From assembly GCA_038087875.1 (NCBI GenBank), contig CM075988.1, positions 9,612,001-9,676,000 on the forward strand: a stretch of 64,000 nt of DNA, written 5' to 3'. A program made the translations under genes and the position numbers. A model generated the notes under the pieces. The model did not search any database and was not told the origin of the DNA. It was given only the letters and a program-made list of their open reading frames with translations. The stretch is from Malacoraja senta (Eukaryota). Below are positions 12,933 to 25,520 of the stretch, one piece after another (the stretch's first letter is position 1; every line of letters begins with the position of its first letter).

Positions 12933-13339
12933 TAAACTTGACCACTTCCTGTTTGCACTGAATATTGGTTAAAAAAAAACCCTACCACTTACCGCTGTGA
13001 TTTTTGGCCATCTTACTCAGAGTCCCCCTCCACTCATCAGGTACAGAGGATTTTTTTACCATCGATGGCAAATAAAAGAGTTATTAGTGTTTAAAAAATG
13101 TTGAGATTCTCTCTCCTGTCAATCATGCAGTGAAGCCCACGCCCCTTCTGGTGGGAGGGGGAGGGATTATAAAACACGGAAGTGTGGAGTGGCTCAGTCG
13201 CTGCAAGATGGGAAGGGAGAGGCCACGCCTCTCAGTCTGAGCTGTGAATCAACTGAACACATGTCTACTAAGTTGTGAGTGTGGTTTTAGGTGCTTTATT
13301 TGGAACTGTGTTTGGAAGGAATAAATGTTTTATGTACCT

Positions 13340-13607
13340 TTTAACTGTGCCTTTAAACTGTGCCTTTAAACTGTGCCTTTAAACTGTGCCTTTAAACTGT
13401 GCCTTTAAACTGTGTGGCTATTGGAAAACTGTGACTATTGGAAATGTGTGGCTATTGGAAATGTGTGGCTATTGGAAATGTGTGGCTATTGAAAATGTGT
13501 GGCTATTGAAAATGTGTGCCTATTGAAAATGTGTGGCTGAATGAAATGTGTGGCTACTGAAAATGTGTGGCTATTGAAAATGTGTGGCTGTTGAAAATGT
13601 GTGGCTA
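13340..13607. repeat. Minisatellites (13-bp ctgtgcctttaaa; 17-bp atgtgtggctattggaa)
   Basis: Direct tandem units. Confidence 0.9.
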
Positions 13608-13989
13608 TCTACATAATTAAAAGTCTAAACTTGGCCACTTCCTGTTTGCGCTGTATATTAATTTTAGAAAAAATGCTACCACTTACGGCTGGGATTTTTG
13701 GCCATCTTACTCAGAGTCCCCCTCTGCTCATCAGGTGCAGAGGATTTTTCCCATCGATGAAAAGTAAAAGAGTTATTAGTGTTTAAAAAGTGTTGAGATT
13801 CTCTCTCCTGTCAATCACCGCCATGGAGGCCACGTCACTTCCGGGGGAGCTATAAAACCTGGAAGTCTGGACGTGGCTCTGTTGCTGCAAGATGGCGAAT
13901 GAGAGGTCACGACTCTCAGTCTGAGCTGGAAATCTACAGATCACTTCGTGTCTACTGACCTGTGAATGCCCTTTATGTGTTTTTAAACT

Positions 13990-14602
13990 CTGCATTTTGC
14001 AACTGTGTCTGTTAAAATGTGTGGCTGTTGAAATGTGTGGCTATTGAAATGTGTGGCTATTGAAATGTGCGCCTTTTGCAACTGTGCCTTTGGCAACTGT
14101 GCATTTTGCAACTGTGCCTTTTGCAACCGTGCCTTTGCAACTGTGCCTATTGAAATGTGTGGCTATTGAAATGTGTGGCTATTGAAATGTGTGGCTATTT
14201 GAAATGTGTAGCTATTTGAAATGTGAGGCTATTTGAAATGTGGCTATTTGAAATGTGTGGCTATTTGAAATGTGTGGCTATTTGAAATGTGTGGCTATTT
14301 GAAATGTGTGGCTATTTGAAATGTGTGGCTATTTGAAATGTGTAGCTATTTGAAATGTGTGGCTATTTGAAATGTGTGGCTGTTTGAAATGTGTGGCAAT
14401 TTGAAATGTGCGGCTATTGAAATGTGCGGCTATCGAAATGTGCGGCTATTGAAATGTGCGGCTATTGAAATGTGTGGCTATTGCAACTGTGTGGCTATTG
14501 CAACTGTGTGGCTATTGCAACTGTGCCTTTTGCAGCGGTGCCTTTTGCAACTGTGCCTTTTGCAACTGTGCCTTTTGCAACTGTGCCTTTTCAACTGTGC
14601 CT
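13990..14602. repeat. Minisatellites (16-17 bp atgtgtggctattgaa; 15-bp actgtgccttttgca)
   Basis: Direct tandem units in alternating blocks. Confidence 0.9.
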
Positions 14603-14814
14603 GGAAGGAATTAACGTTTTATTAGGTCCGACCGTGTTTACTGCAAAAGTCCCGCTCATTTTGTAATTTACGCTTAGTTGACAGATCACGCTGATTGCGT
14701 CATTTCCAGTGAGTGCAGAGGTTGTGCTGAACGCGGAAGTGTTGCTGACTGCAGAAGACCCAAAGTGGACACACTCAGCCGTTGGAGCATTCAAAAAAGT
14801 TTACTGCCATATGT

Positions 14815-15320
14815 ATGGTGTGTGAGTGTGTCTGTGTGTGTGTGTGTGTGTCTGTCTGTGTATGTGTGTCTGACTGTGTGTGTGTGTGTGTCTGTGCGTG
14901 TGTCTGTCTGCACGTGTGTCTGTCTGTGCGTGTGTCTGTCTGCGCGTGTCTGTCTGCGCATGTGTCTGTCTGCGCGTGTGTCTGTCGGTGTGTGTGTCTG
15001 TCTGTGCATGTGTCTGTCTGAGTGTCTGTCTGTGTGTCTGTCTGTGTGTCTGTCTCTGTGTCTGTCTGTGAGTGTGTCTGTTTGTGTGTGTCTGTCTGTG
15101 TCTGTGAGTGTGTGTGTGAGTATCTGTGTGCGTGTGTGAGTGTGTGTACGTGTTTGTGAGTGTGTGTGTGTGTCTTTGTGTTTGTGTGTATGTGTGATTG
15201 TGTGCATGTGTCTGTGTATGTGTCTGTGTGTGTGTCTGTATGTGTCTGTGTGTGTCTGTGTGTATGTGTGTGTCTGTTTGTGAGTGTGAGCGTCTGTGTG
15301 TGTGTAAGTGTATGTGTGTG
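14815..15320. repeat. (TG)n/(TGTC)n compound microsatellite
   Basis: Direct inspection. Confidence 0.95.
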
Positions 15321-15630
15321 CACTCTGCTTGAAATGCAGTGAAATTGGATTTGCTGGCCTGCACTCCGCTTTGAGTGCTGTGAGGTTGGACTTGCTACCT
15401 GCACTCTGCTTGGAGTGCTGTGAGGTTGGACTTGCTGCCTGCACACTGCTTGGAGTGCTGTGAGGTTGGACTTGCTGCCTGCACTCTGCTTCGAGTGCTG
15501 TGAGGTTGGACTTGCTGCCTGCACTCTGCTTGGAGTGCTGTGAGGTTGGACTTGCGGCCTGCTGTCTGCTTGGAGTGCGGCCTGCACTCCCCTTCAAGTG
15601 CTGTGAAATTGGATTTACAGGCTTGCACTG
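15320..15630. repeat. 40-bp minisatellite, about 7 copies
   Basis: gcactctgcttggagtgctgtgaggttggacttgctgcct at 15401, 15441, 15481 and 15521, with degenerate flanking units. Confidence 0.9.
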
Positions 15631-16035
15631 AATGATGACTTTTGAGGTAAATTCTCAGATTTTCTTTGTTAAAATTTGACTGCTCAATCTCTCTATATTA
15701 AAATTGTCTTTTTCAACAGCAAAGAGAATCAAAAGGCAGTGAGCAGCAGAACACAACAAGAGACACAACAGGAAATAATGATAAATCTCATCTTTAACAT
15801 TTAAATAGTTGTTATATTTTAAGAGTCATTCACATTTTAAACTTTAATAAATCGTTTTTCCACTTGCTATGCCTGTGTGTTCTTCATCACAATGGGAACC
15901 TAATAGGCAGGAATGGCTGCGCTGTTGGAGAGCCACTAAGAGTGCATGGGGGAGAGGTTGAGGGGAGATGGACTGAATGCGTGGGGGGGAGGGGAAGAGC
16001 AAAGAGCAGAGTGGGGGGAGGTGAAGGGAGGTGGG

Positions 16036-16210
16036 GTGACTGAGTGAACTACAACCACATCAGCTGTGAGTGACTGGAATGCCAGCGCACCAGCCATGAT
16101 TAAGTGAACTGCCAACCCACCAGCTGTAAGTGACTGAAGTGCCAGCCCACCAGCTGTAAGTGACTGAAGTGCCAGCCCACCAGCCATGACTTAGTGAACT
16201 GCCAGCCCAG
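16036..16210. repeat. 30-bp minisatellite, about 6 copies
   Basis: gtgactgaagtgccagcccaccagctgtaa units. Confidence 0.85.
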
Positions 16211-16739
16211 TACCTGGATGTGGCGCTTACTGACGAGAAGCCGAAGCAAAGATGTCGAAGCAAAAGAACCGAATGGAAACCAGGCTGAAACGCCAAAAGA
16301 ACAAAAGAGTACGAAGATGAAACGCCAACTAACCGAATGGATGGGATGCCTAAATGCAAACTAACCGAAAAGTTGCGTTGCTTAAAAGCAAACTCACCAA
16401 ATGGCTGCTCTGTCAAAACACCATTCCTGTACCCGAAAGGTGGCGTTGCCTACAAGTCAACGAACCAACTGCCGCTCAACAGAAAAGTCCATAAAACGGA
16501 CATGATGTTGCTGGGGGGCGGGACTTGCCAGCGATTTGTCCAGACCCCCGCGACCATCACATCACTGTGGAGGGATGAACATTGTCCCACACCTCCGCTC
16601 CACCCGACCCACGGCCCGCGGAGGGTGGCGGTGGGAGAGTGGGGGCTGTCCCGAGGAATGCGCACCTTCGGCCGCTTACAACTTGGTGCTTTGGTTCAGA
16701 TTGCCCAGTCACCTATGGCTTGTGTGGAAAAATGACCCC

Positions 16740-17050
16740 CACCCTCCTGTCTCCCCCTTCTCTCTCCCCTCTTCTCTCTCCTCTTCTCTCTCTCCCCCTC
16801 TCTCTCTCTCCCTTCTCTCTCTCCCCATTCTCTCTCTCTCCTCCTCTCTCTCCCCATTCTCTCTCTCCCCCTCTCTCTCTCTCCCTCCCTCTCTCTCTCT
16901 CCCATCTCTCTATCCCCTCCTCTCTCCCCCTCCTCTCTCTCCCCCTCTCTCCCTCCCTTCTCTTCTCCCCTTTTCTATTTCTCTCCCCCTTTTCTCCCTC
17001 TCTCCCCCTCTCTCTCTCCCTTTCTCTCTCCCCCGTTCTCTCTCCCCCAC
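16740..17050. repeat. CT-rich polypyrimidine tract
   Basis: Direct inspection. Confidence 0.95.
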
Positions 17051-17457
17051 TTATGCATGGCGACTCTGGAAGTTGAGAAAACTGGCAGTGGTCCGTGTGA
17101 AAATACAGCACCTACCAACATTGAAGGCACTATGAAACCAGCTGCCGCAAACCCTTCCCACGGGACAGGGTTTTAACTCGGCATTAAAAATCAAAACAGA
17201 GCTACATAGATTTAAAAACAAAATGTTACATGTATAAATCGTTCTTACATTCGGGAACCTAGTTACTTAGCTGGTGGCATTATTTCCCTGTCCTGCCTTT
17301 GCTTTAGCCGGTGGTCACATCTATTCCATCCCTTCCTCGCAAAGATGTGAGATTTCAATTTGAGCGCACTTGGTTGAATAGATGCAAGCGGCATGTAAAG
17401 CGTCTCTTCTAGGCGCGCAATACATGGAGCCGATGAAATGAGACAATTGTCACACCA

Positions 17458-17605
17458 AAGATAGACACAAATGCTGGAGTGACTCAGTGGGACAGGCAGC
17501 ATCTCTGGAGAGAAGGAATGGGTGGCTGTTTCGGGTCGAGACTCTTCAGACTCAGTCTTCAGGTCTGAAGAATGGTCTCGACATGAAATGCCACCCATTC
17601 CTTCT
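17458..17605. mobile_element. Penelope-type short repeat, inverted pair with truncated right arm
   Basis: gacacaaatgctggagtgactcag...tttcgggtcgagactcttcagac followed by ggtctgaagaatggtctcgacatgaaatgccacccattcc. Confidence 0.7.
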
Positions 17606-17839
17606 GTGGAATTCTTTGCCACAGAAGGCTGTGGAGGCAAAGTCAGTGGATATTTTTAAGGCAGAGATAGATAGATTCTTGTTTAGTACAGGTGTCAGAG
17701 GTTATGGAGAGAAGGCAGGAGAATGGGGTTAGGAGGGAGAGTTAGATCAGCCATATTTGAATGGCAGAGTAGTCTTGATGGGCCGAATGGCCTAATTCTA
17801 CTCCTATTCCTTACGCATTATGACCTTATGACCTTATCT
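17603..17839 (+). mobile_element. CR1 3' end, inverted copy of 18094-18330
   Basis: Shares private variants and 4 bp of flank (atct) with the downstream minus-strand copy. Confidence 0.85.
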
Positions 17840-18093
17840 ACCAACAATAAAGGCACTATGAAACCAGCTGTCCCTTCCCACGGGACAGGGTTTTAACTCG
17901 GCATTAAAAATCAAAACAGAGCTATATTGATTTAAAAACAAAAGCCTTCAGGTCTGAAGAATGGCCTAGACATGATCACATTTTAGTCAAACACAAAGTG
18001 TGGGAGGAACTCAGCAGGTCAGGCAGTATGGGCGGAGGGAATGAACAGATGACATTGCGACTTGGGATCCTTCTTCAGTCTGAAGAAGAATGC

Positions 18094-18567
18094 AGATAAG
18101 GTCATAAGGTCATAATACGGAAGGAATAGGAGTAGAATTAGACCATTCGACCCATCAAGTCTACTCTACCATTCAAATATGGCTGATCTAACTCTCCCCC
18201 CTAACCCCATTCTCCTGCCTTCTCTCCATAACCTCTGACACCTGCACTAATCAAGAATCTATCTATCTCGGCCTTAAAAATATCCACTGACTTTGCCTCC
18301 ACAGCCTTCTATGGCAAAGAATTCCACAGATTAACCACCCTCTGACTAAAGAAATGTCTCCTCATCTCCTTCCTAAAAGAACGTCCTTTAATTCTGAGTC
18401 TATGACCTCCAGTCCTAGACATTCCCACTAGTTGACACATCCTCTCTACCCAAGCCTTTCTCTATTCTGTATGTTCCAATGAGGTCCCCCCTCATTCTTC
18501 TAAACCCCCGCGAGTACTGGCCCAGTGCCGACAAACGCTCACCATAGGTTAACTTACTCATTCCAGG
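18094..18567 (-). mobile_element. CR1 LINE 3' fragment
   Basis: Reverse complement of the family at 5385-5850. Confidence 0.9.
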
Positions 18568-18800
18568 ATACTGGAATCTTGAGCAAAACACAAAGTAGTA
18601 CAGGTACTCTGCATCTCAGGCAGTATTGGGGGAGGGAATGGAGAGGCATCATTTTGGATCAGGACTCTGACTCAGTCTGAAGAAGGACCCAACCCGAACC
18701 ATCACCTGTCCATTCCCTCCCCAGTTGCTGCCCTGCTGAGTTCCTCCAGCATTTTGTGTTTTGCTCACGTTGCCAGCATCTGCAGTCTCTTGTGTCTCAC
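18568..18800. mobile_element. Penelope-type short repeat, diverged inverted pair
   Basis: gatactggaatcttgagcaaaacacaaag ... agtctgaagaagg ... ttttgtgttttgctcacgttgccagcatc; the two arms are complementary. Confidence 0.65.
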
Positions 18801-19491
18801 GTTTTTGTCCACTTCTGATGTTTCACTTCATTAACTTCACATTAGCAGTGAATTCTTCCGTAGGATATATGTTTTAATAATGAGTAGGGAACAAAACCTT
18901 CTTCACCATGATGCCAAGTTGCAATGGATTTGCAATAGCATGTCAAGTTGAATTTATTGTCATAAGTACAAGAGGTAAGGTCGATGAAAATGTGAAAACC
19001 TTGTTTGTTGTGGCTTCACTGGCACAAAGACTTAGACAACTCGGAAACATAAATTATATATAAAACAATGAAAATAAAAAGACTGCAAAAAAGACATTAG
19101 TGTATAACAAAACACAATTTGTTTCTGGAAAATGAGAAAATAATATTTTTTCATTGCTATCTGGAAATGTTCAGTTGTTTCCAGTGAGGTGCATGCTGAC
19201 CATTGTACAGTCAGGACTGGGACACAAATCATAAGGGCCACTGAATATTTTACATTATCAGATACCACTGGCAAGCTCTAAAATGTTGGTTGTTTTTGGA
19301 TGTGCAAACACAGACCTTCCCATTCTGCTGGTGGGGCCCACTGTGAAACTATGATCATTGTGTAGGAATCCACTCCCCAATGAACAAAATAAGTTCCAAG
19401 GAGATGTGTGTGGGGCAAGTGGTTTTACACTTGGTTTCGATCCTGACTACGGGTGTTGTCTACACGGTGCTTGGATGTTCTCCCTTTGACC

Positions 19492-19691
19492 NNNNNNNNN
19501 NNNNNNNNNNNNNNNNNNNNNNNNNNNNNNNNNNNNNNNNNNNNNNNNNNNNNNNNNNNNNNNNNNNNNNNNNNNNNNNNNNNNNNNNNNNNNNNNNNNN
19601 NNNNNNNNNNNNNNNNNNNNNNNNNNNNNNNNNNNNNNNNNNNNNNNNNNNNNNNNNNNNNNNNNNNNNNNNNNNNNNNNNNNNNNNNNNN
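19492..19691. other. Assembly gap (200 N)
   Basis: Run of N, interrupting a SINE head at about 19410-19491. Confidence 0.99.
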
Positions 19692-20114
19692 TGCTGCAGT
19701 TAATTAGATTCGATTGCTGGGAATGATGAACACAACATCAGGTTTTGCTCTTTCATGAGAGCTGATGACTGAGTAGAATTTGTCATGAGCCACCTTGGCA
19801 TTGGCTTGGGGTGGCTTGAAGACCACCATCCCGATGGTAGAGGTGAATTCCCTCAGTAGATAAAAGGGACATTATTTCCGAACAGGTAACACAGGTGAGG
19901 GGAGGGAGATTGAGCCAACATCATAACATCAGTGCATCATGAAGCATTGATAAGAAAGTAGATACTGTTGCCTTACTCCTTTCGCAAGGAATCTATACGG
20001 TCCATCAATGATTATATAAAATGTATCTATCCTTTTTGAGGTGCAGTGCATAGTTAGTAGGGCTACTATCAAAGAGTATAGATATATTTTAAGGGGAGAT
20101 TGGATAAGCATGTT

Positions 20115-20400
20115 TACTTTAGTTTAGTTTAGAGATACAGTGCGGGAACAAGCCCTTCGGCTCACTGAGTCCGCACTGACCAACAATCCCCATACACTAA
20201 CGATAGGCACAATTTAGAATTTTTACCAAAGCCAATTAACCTATAAACCTGTGGGATGTGGGATGGAACCAGAGCATCCGGGGAAAACCTACTCAGTCAC
20301 AGGGAGAACGTGCAAACTCCATACATACAACACCCGTAGCCAGGATCGAACCTGGGTCTTTGGCATTGTAAGGCTGCAACTCTACTGCTGTGTCACCATA
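20115..20400 (-). mobile_element. tRNA-derived SINE (HE1-like)
   Basis: Reverse complement of the SINE family; (tttag) tail. Confidence 0.85.
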
Positions 20401-21814
20401 CTGCTTTTCTGAATTTTTGAAGGAATTGTGTGGTGGAAGGGAACAAAGGTAATGCTGATAGATTTAGCAATGGAAAGGTGGAAGCAAGGTAAAGTGGAGC
20501 AGAAATGCTGGAAAGGACTCGATGGGCCAAATGGCTTGTTTCTGCGCCATATATCTTATACAAGAAGATTCCTCAGTGTAGATTCCAAGACTCTTTAATT
20601 CCATGTGAAACCTAATAATAAAGTTGTAGAACCCAGTAAATGCGGCCAATAAATTCAGTGATTGATCCGGAACCTGCAGCGCTTATGAAGGAATGATCTG
20701 TGGGGAATTGCTGGCAAACTCCAGCACAATCCAGTCTGTAGCCAGGTCTGAATGGACAGGTTGACGTCCAAATTGTTTCTGGTGACATGATAGCCCGGGC
20801 ACACTTTGACAAACAACAATCCCAAAGACAACAGCAGTTTGGAATTATGTACGGCGAAATGTTCCAAGCTGCTTAATCTTGGTTACAAAGATACAATTTG
20901 CAATCATTATCCTTCCTCTGTGATGAAAAGAATGAAAAATAATTCAATAATTAAAAGAAGCAGCTGCTGGAGAATGAATAAGAGGCTGTTATGCAAGTAG
21001 AGTTGGTTAAAGATTTTATAATTCATAAACTTCCCAGACAAGCGACTCATTAAAGAATATTAAAAATTTTGCTTTTCGGCAAAGAATTTCATAGATTTTC
21101 TCAATGATCAATTACCCTCTCACAAGAGGTTATTGTTACAAGGCTCATTGCAGTCTGGCAAGTCATTTATCCTAATCAATAATGCATCAACGCAATGAGC
21201 TGAAAACTACCGATGTTTGGGTAATTGAATAAATGTATCTGTATTCCACATGTTTGCTGTGAGCAAAGGTTACCTCTCTATAGAATGGGGCTTAGATAAA
21301 AATTCCCAGCAGATTATGTGTGAATGTTCAGCTACACCTTGTTCTTAAAGCAACCTGTATTGACTTGGTTTACTTGGATACTCCCACTCCACGCTTGGTA
21401 GCTTTTCAATGTGCACCCTATTTCACTGTGTGAAATTAATGCTTTCTTTACAAAATAATCACATTCGGCCTTTTGCTTTCTCCAGCAATACAAGGCTTAT
21501 CTCAGCATTAATTTGAAAAGCAGCCCAAGTTAAAAAGAAATCATGATTGGTTTTGTGGGATGGTTTCACCACCGTTCCTTTATTGACTTTTGCTGCAATG
21601 TGCCCTTGACAGTTGGAACACAAAACCTGTGATATACCATCCCCTGCCTCTTGCTCTCCCATTTTCAACAAGTGGGAGGAACATGAACTTCACAGGCAAA
21701 CTGCCATCAGTTTTGCTTACTCTGCCATCCAACTTCTGCTAGGTACACTGACCTCCGAGCTTTCATCATTTCTCCCTTTGTGGCCTCTTTGAACTTGTCT
21801 TGCCAACTTTGACT

Positions 21815-22203
21815 TTCAGTGATTAACCTTAGGGATGAACCATTCCTTCCTGATGTGGAAGAACAGACTAGCGACTGTCCCTATTTCCACCAAGATGGGC
21901 ATACCAGCAGCAGAGCGCTTACCACCAGCTGCTGATGAACACTGGCTGAACTGGAGATGTCTCAACCGACTGTGAACCAGGGTCGGGCGGTCAAGGGTGA
22001 CAATGCACAAATGGGCTTCATTGAGGGTACAACAACCTGTGACTATGGCACACAGACCCAGACAATGCAACACCTACTGCAATGCCCATTGCTGGATAAT
22101 CCATGCACTACTGCAGACCTTGTACTTAACACTCCAATAGCACAATAATGTGTACAGCAGTCGTGAGCCACAATATAGCATAAGGACACAAAAGAAAAAA
22201 AAA
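21815..22203 (+). mobile_element. Vingi/Ingi-like LINE 3' fragment
   Basis: WRCLNRL*TRVGR...HKW-GFIEGTTTCDYGTQTQTMQHLLQCP (frameshifted C-terminal zinc knuckle); A-rich end. Confidence 0.6.
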
Positions 22204-22397
22204 TAACCTTCAGAGGAAGGGGGGGGGGGGGGGGGAGGGGGGGAGAACAAAGGAGACCTGGTATGAGATACTTTGTAACTTTGTCGGCATCCTTTATGTA
22301 GCGATTCTTTGCATACATTGGGTATGCAAAACAAGGAATTTTACTGTGACATGTAACAGTTTACACGTTTACACGTAACAATAATGTTTGAATTAAT

Positions 22398-22492
22398 TCT
22401 GAAGATGGATTCTGACCCAAAACCACATCTGATGCATGTTCTTCAGAGATGTTGCCTGACCCGTTGACATGCTCTAGCACTTTGTGTCCTTT
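22398..22492 (+). mobile_element. Penelope-type short repeat (diverged)
   Basis: tctgaagatggattctgacccaaaac...gatgttgcctgacccg...agcactttgtgtc. Confidence 0.55.
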
Positions 22493-23244
22493 TTTTTACC
22501 TTCTACTGCCTAACCTAATCCACACCAATTATCCTCCTCATCCTTATTTTAGTTGAATTTGACCATTTCAACACAACAGATACTCAATGTTTTGTTTCCA
22601 ATCTCACTTTTTTTCTCCAAAATACTTGAAAGTGCCTTCCATTCTCATTTTATTGACAACCCCATGTTTAATTCCCTCTTTTGAGTGTGCATCTTTGACA
22701 ATGTTTCTGGAACAGTGTTTATCAAATTCACACATGACATTTCTAAATGTCTGTGATCACTACCCAACCCATCATTGCCCTACATACACACATCGCTATG
22801 AATGTTATCCCTTTTAGATCATACCTTTGTTGCATCACTAAATTGGACAATTCTTGCTTCTTCCCATTCTTACCTATCCCATTGTAGCCTTAAGGTCATT
22901 TGCAAAGGTTTCTCTGACCAGTCTGGTAAGGTTAGATCTGTGATTTTCCCAACTGTTCCCCTCCATTGACATCCCCCCATTGAAGCGATCGATTAAGAAG
23001 CACTCACTCAAAAAGTCAGCTAACATTGTCAAAATCCACACCACTCTGGACACACTACCTTCTCACAGATATCAGCAAGAGCTTGAGAACCATTACATCC
23101 AGGTTCAAGATCCCTCCCATCTATCATTAGGTTCTTGAACCAGCCTGCTTAACCCTACTACAACCCTACCTCAGCACTGAACCACTGCAGATTTTCTGCT
23201 AGTATGCTTGCTTTATGTACTTTTGTTTTTATAATACCATGGTC

Positions 23245-23575
23245 TAGTTTTACTTAGTTTAGTTCAGTTTAAAGATACAGCATGGAAACAGGCACTTCAG
23301 CCTACCGAGTTCGCACCGACCAGCGATCCCCACACAGTAACACTCTCCTACAAACTAGGGACAATTTAGATTTATACCAATCCAATTAGCCTACAAACCT
23401 GTACATCTTTGGACTGTGGGAGGAAGCCAAATATCTGGGAGAAAACCCACCCGGTCACAGGGAGAACGTACAAACTCCATACAGACAGCATCCGTAGTCG
23501 GGATTGAACCCGGGTCTCTGAAAATGTAAGCGCTGTAAGGCAGTAACTACCATTATGCCACCGTCCGTGCCACCC
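23245..23575 (-). mobile_element. tRNA-derived SINE (HE1-like)
   Basis: Full-length reverse copy of the SINE family. Confidence 0.85.
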
Positions 23576-23729
23576 TAGAGTAATTGAGTGATAACATATT
23601 GCAAAATATAAATTACAATGAAAACACAAAGTATTTGTGCTAAAACTCCAGGATAAGCGCTCAATTAAGATAACCAAGCCCAAAACTATTATCTAACTAA
23701 ATACACCAACTTCCAATAAATTACTCCAA

Positions 23730-25520
23730 TTACGGCTTCCATTTCCTTCCACTTTGGTAGCAAAACATTTAACTTTAACTCTATCTCTACTAAGGGTGGT
23801 ATACAGTATCTGGAGGGAAACCCATTCCCCTTTTCTTTTCTGGATCCGAGTATGTCCTTTTTAAATTAACTCTTCCTTTGAAGCATTGAGCTTTCCACTT
23901 TTTTCATGACTAAACATTCTTTTAACAAATTTAAATGGATCCCTATAAAATGCTGACGTGACTTGTTCCTTCCTCTTTCTCTTCCTCTTAAGGTGTTCTC
24001 CACTCCTTAAGGCTCTGTCTCACGGTGTTGCGGTCATCGGCGGTGAAGCGCGGCGTCGCCAGTAGAGGGGACCGCACGGCAACGGCGAGAGCGCCGAGCC
24101 TATGCCACGGGAGTGCCGCACGGATGCTGCACGGGGGCCGAGTGATTTAAGAACGGCTGGTCCCACGAGCTTGCGGTAAGTTTAAAAAAAGGGCGGGCCG
24201 ACTGCGATTACGTCATTTCGGATATGCGGGGCTGTGGCGGCAGCCGTTCTGATCGCGGCGCTGTGGCGGCGGCCGTGCCGCACACGTGCCTCACTGGTGG
24301 AGGCTGTGGCGGTGAGGGTTCTACTCACGGCGCTCGTGCCACACTGGCGGCGGCTGTGGCGGCGACCGTGCCGCACTCGTGCATCACTGGCGGCGGCTGT
24401 GCGGTAGGAAAATATTTTTGAACAGTGTTGGTTTTATTTTAGCACTGTGCGGTGTTGGGAACAACGCCGCACGGCCCCGGAATTGTGCGTTTGACCGAGC
24501 CCGCGGTCTCTGGCGGCCCAGGAGCGGTAGATAGTTCCTGTTTCGCCGCCAATGACCGCAGACTCGTGCGACAGGCCTTTAAATATTTCTAACCGATTTC
24601 CCGACTCTTCTTGCAAAACATTAATTCCCTCTCTCTCATCAACTATCGCCTTTCTCCACTGTTTTCTCAACTGTCTTCTCTCCTTCACTAATCTCTTGAT
24701 TTCTCTTTCTCGTCTAGATCTAACCACCTGTAGAGCCTGCACCTTCTTTTTCTCAATAACACCAAACCCGTCTGCACCATATTGATAAATAAACTCTCAT
24801 CTTATCTAACTTGTTTCCCAATGTCCCTTTCAGACTCTCTAGTGCCTTTACCAAATCTATATTAACAGTTTCCCATTCCTTCCTTTCACTTGTCCTAGGC
24901 CATTTAATTCTATTTCATCCCACCGTTCTTCTCTCTGACTGGCAGATTAACCTCACCACCATCTACATCCCCCTCTACAGCGCTTGTTCCCCCCTCTTCA
25001 ATAACAGGGGTAATGATATCCTGCAAACTATGGTTTTCTACCCATCGCTGGACTTCACTCGACTGACTTCACTGACTTCTTGAGAATTGCTCAATTTCCC
25101 TGCACTCTCTCGAACAAGCACTTCTTCTTTCCATGATGTATTCTGAGCCCCTTTGCTGTTGTTACTTTCTGCCAACCACAAGAACAGACCTGGAGCTTAT
25201 TTCCCTCTACCATAGAGCCGCTGTCGTTCATTGATGCGCTGATCCTACTCATATTCTTTTCCATTCCGTGGTCTGTAGCCAGGTCTTCTTCCTCCCCAGC
25301 TCTCACAGACTCTAGGTGTATCTTTCTTTTATTTGTCTAGCCTTTTAGGGGTGCAGCAAGACTGTTTACAATCTATGCCACTACTGCAATGAGATGCTAA
25401 CCCATAACAGCTCCAGTGGGGTTTATTCACTCCAGTCAGCTGCCTTTCCAAGCTGTCACATTGACTTTCCTTAGTTGTCAGCTGCTCTGTTTCCAGCAGT
25501 CACTAGCTGGACTAGATGTT
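23730..25520 (-). mobile_element. Hero/NeSL-like (RLE-clade) LINE, 5' portion only, degenerate
   Basis: N-terminal zinc finger VCSCGWQKVTTAKGLRIHHGKKKC, then SRREREIKRLVKERRQLRKQWRKA, FYRDPFKFVK and PKWKEMEAVI; stops just before the RT domain. Confidence 0.75.
24010..24579. mobile_element. PIF/Harbinger-like MITE, copy 2
   Basis: Highly similar to 12341-12932; flanked by TTA/TAA; splits the Hero ORF. Confidence 0.8.

Larger units (their letters stand above)
12320..17262 (+). mobile_element. Putative non-autonomous Helitron (composite, two 5' ends)
   Basis: 5' A|TCTTTATATTTAAAAG at 12320; second A|TCTACATAATTAAAAG at 13608 with about 350 bp homology to the first; 3' imperfect hairpin plus CTAG|T at 17259-17263; no TSD; internal minisatellites. 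Confidence 0.55.

Noticed and set aside
14678..15628. Long ORFs in several frames (up to 270 aa)
   Set aside because: Artefacts of the TG microsatellite and the 40-bp array
13340..16210. Regular short repeats resembling a CRISPR array
   Set aside because: Units are head-to-tail with no unique spacers, there are no cas genes, and the context is eukaryotic
19380..19707. ORFs spanning the N run
   Set aside because: Gap artefact
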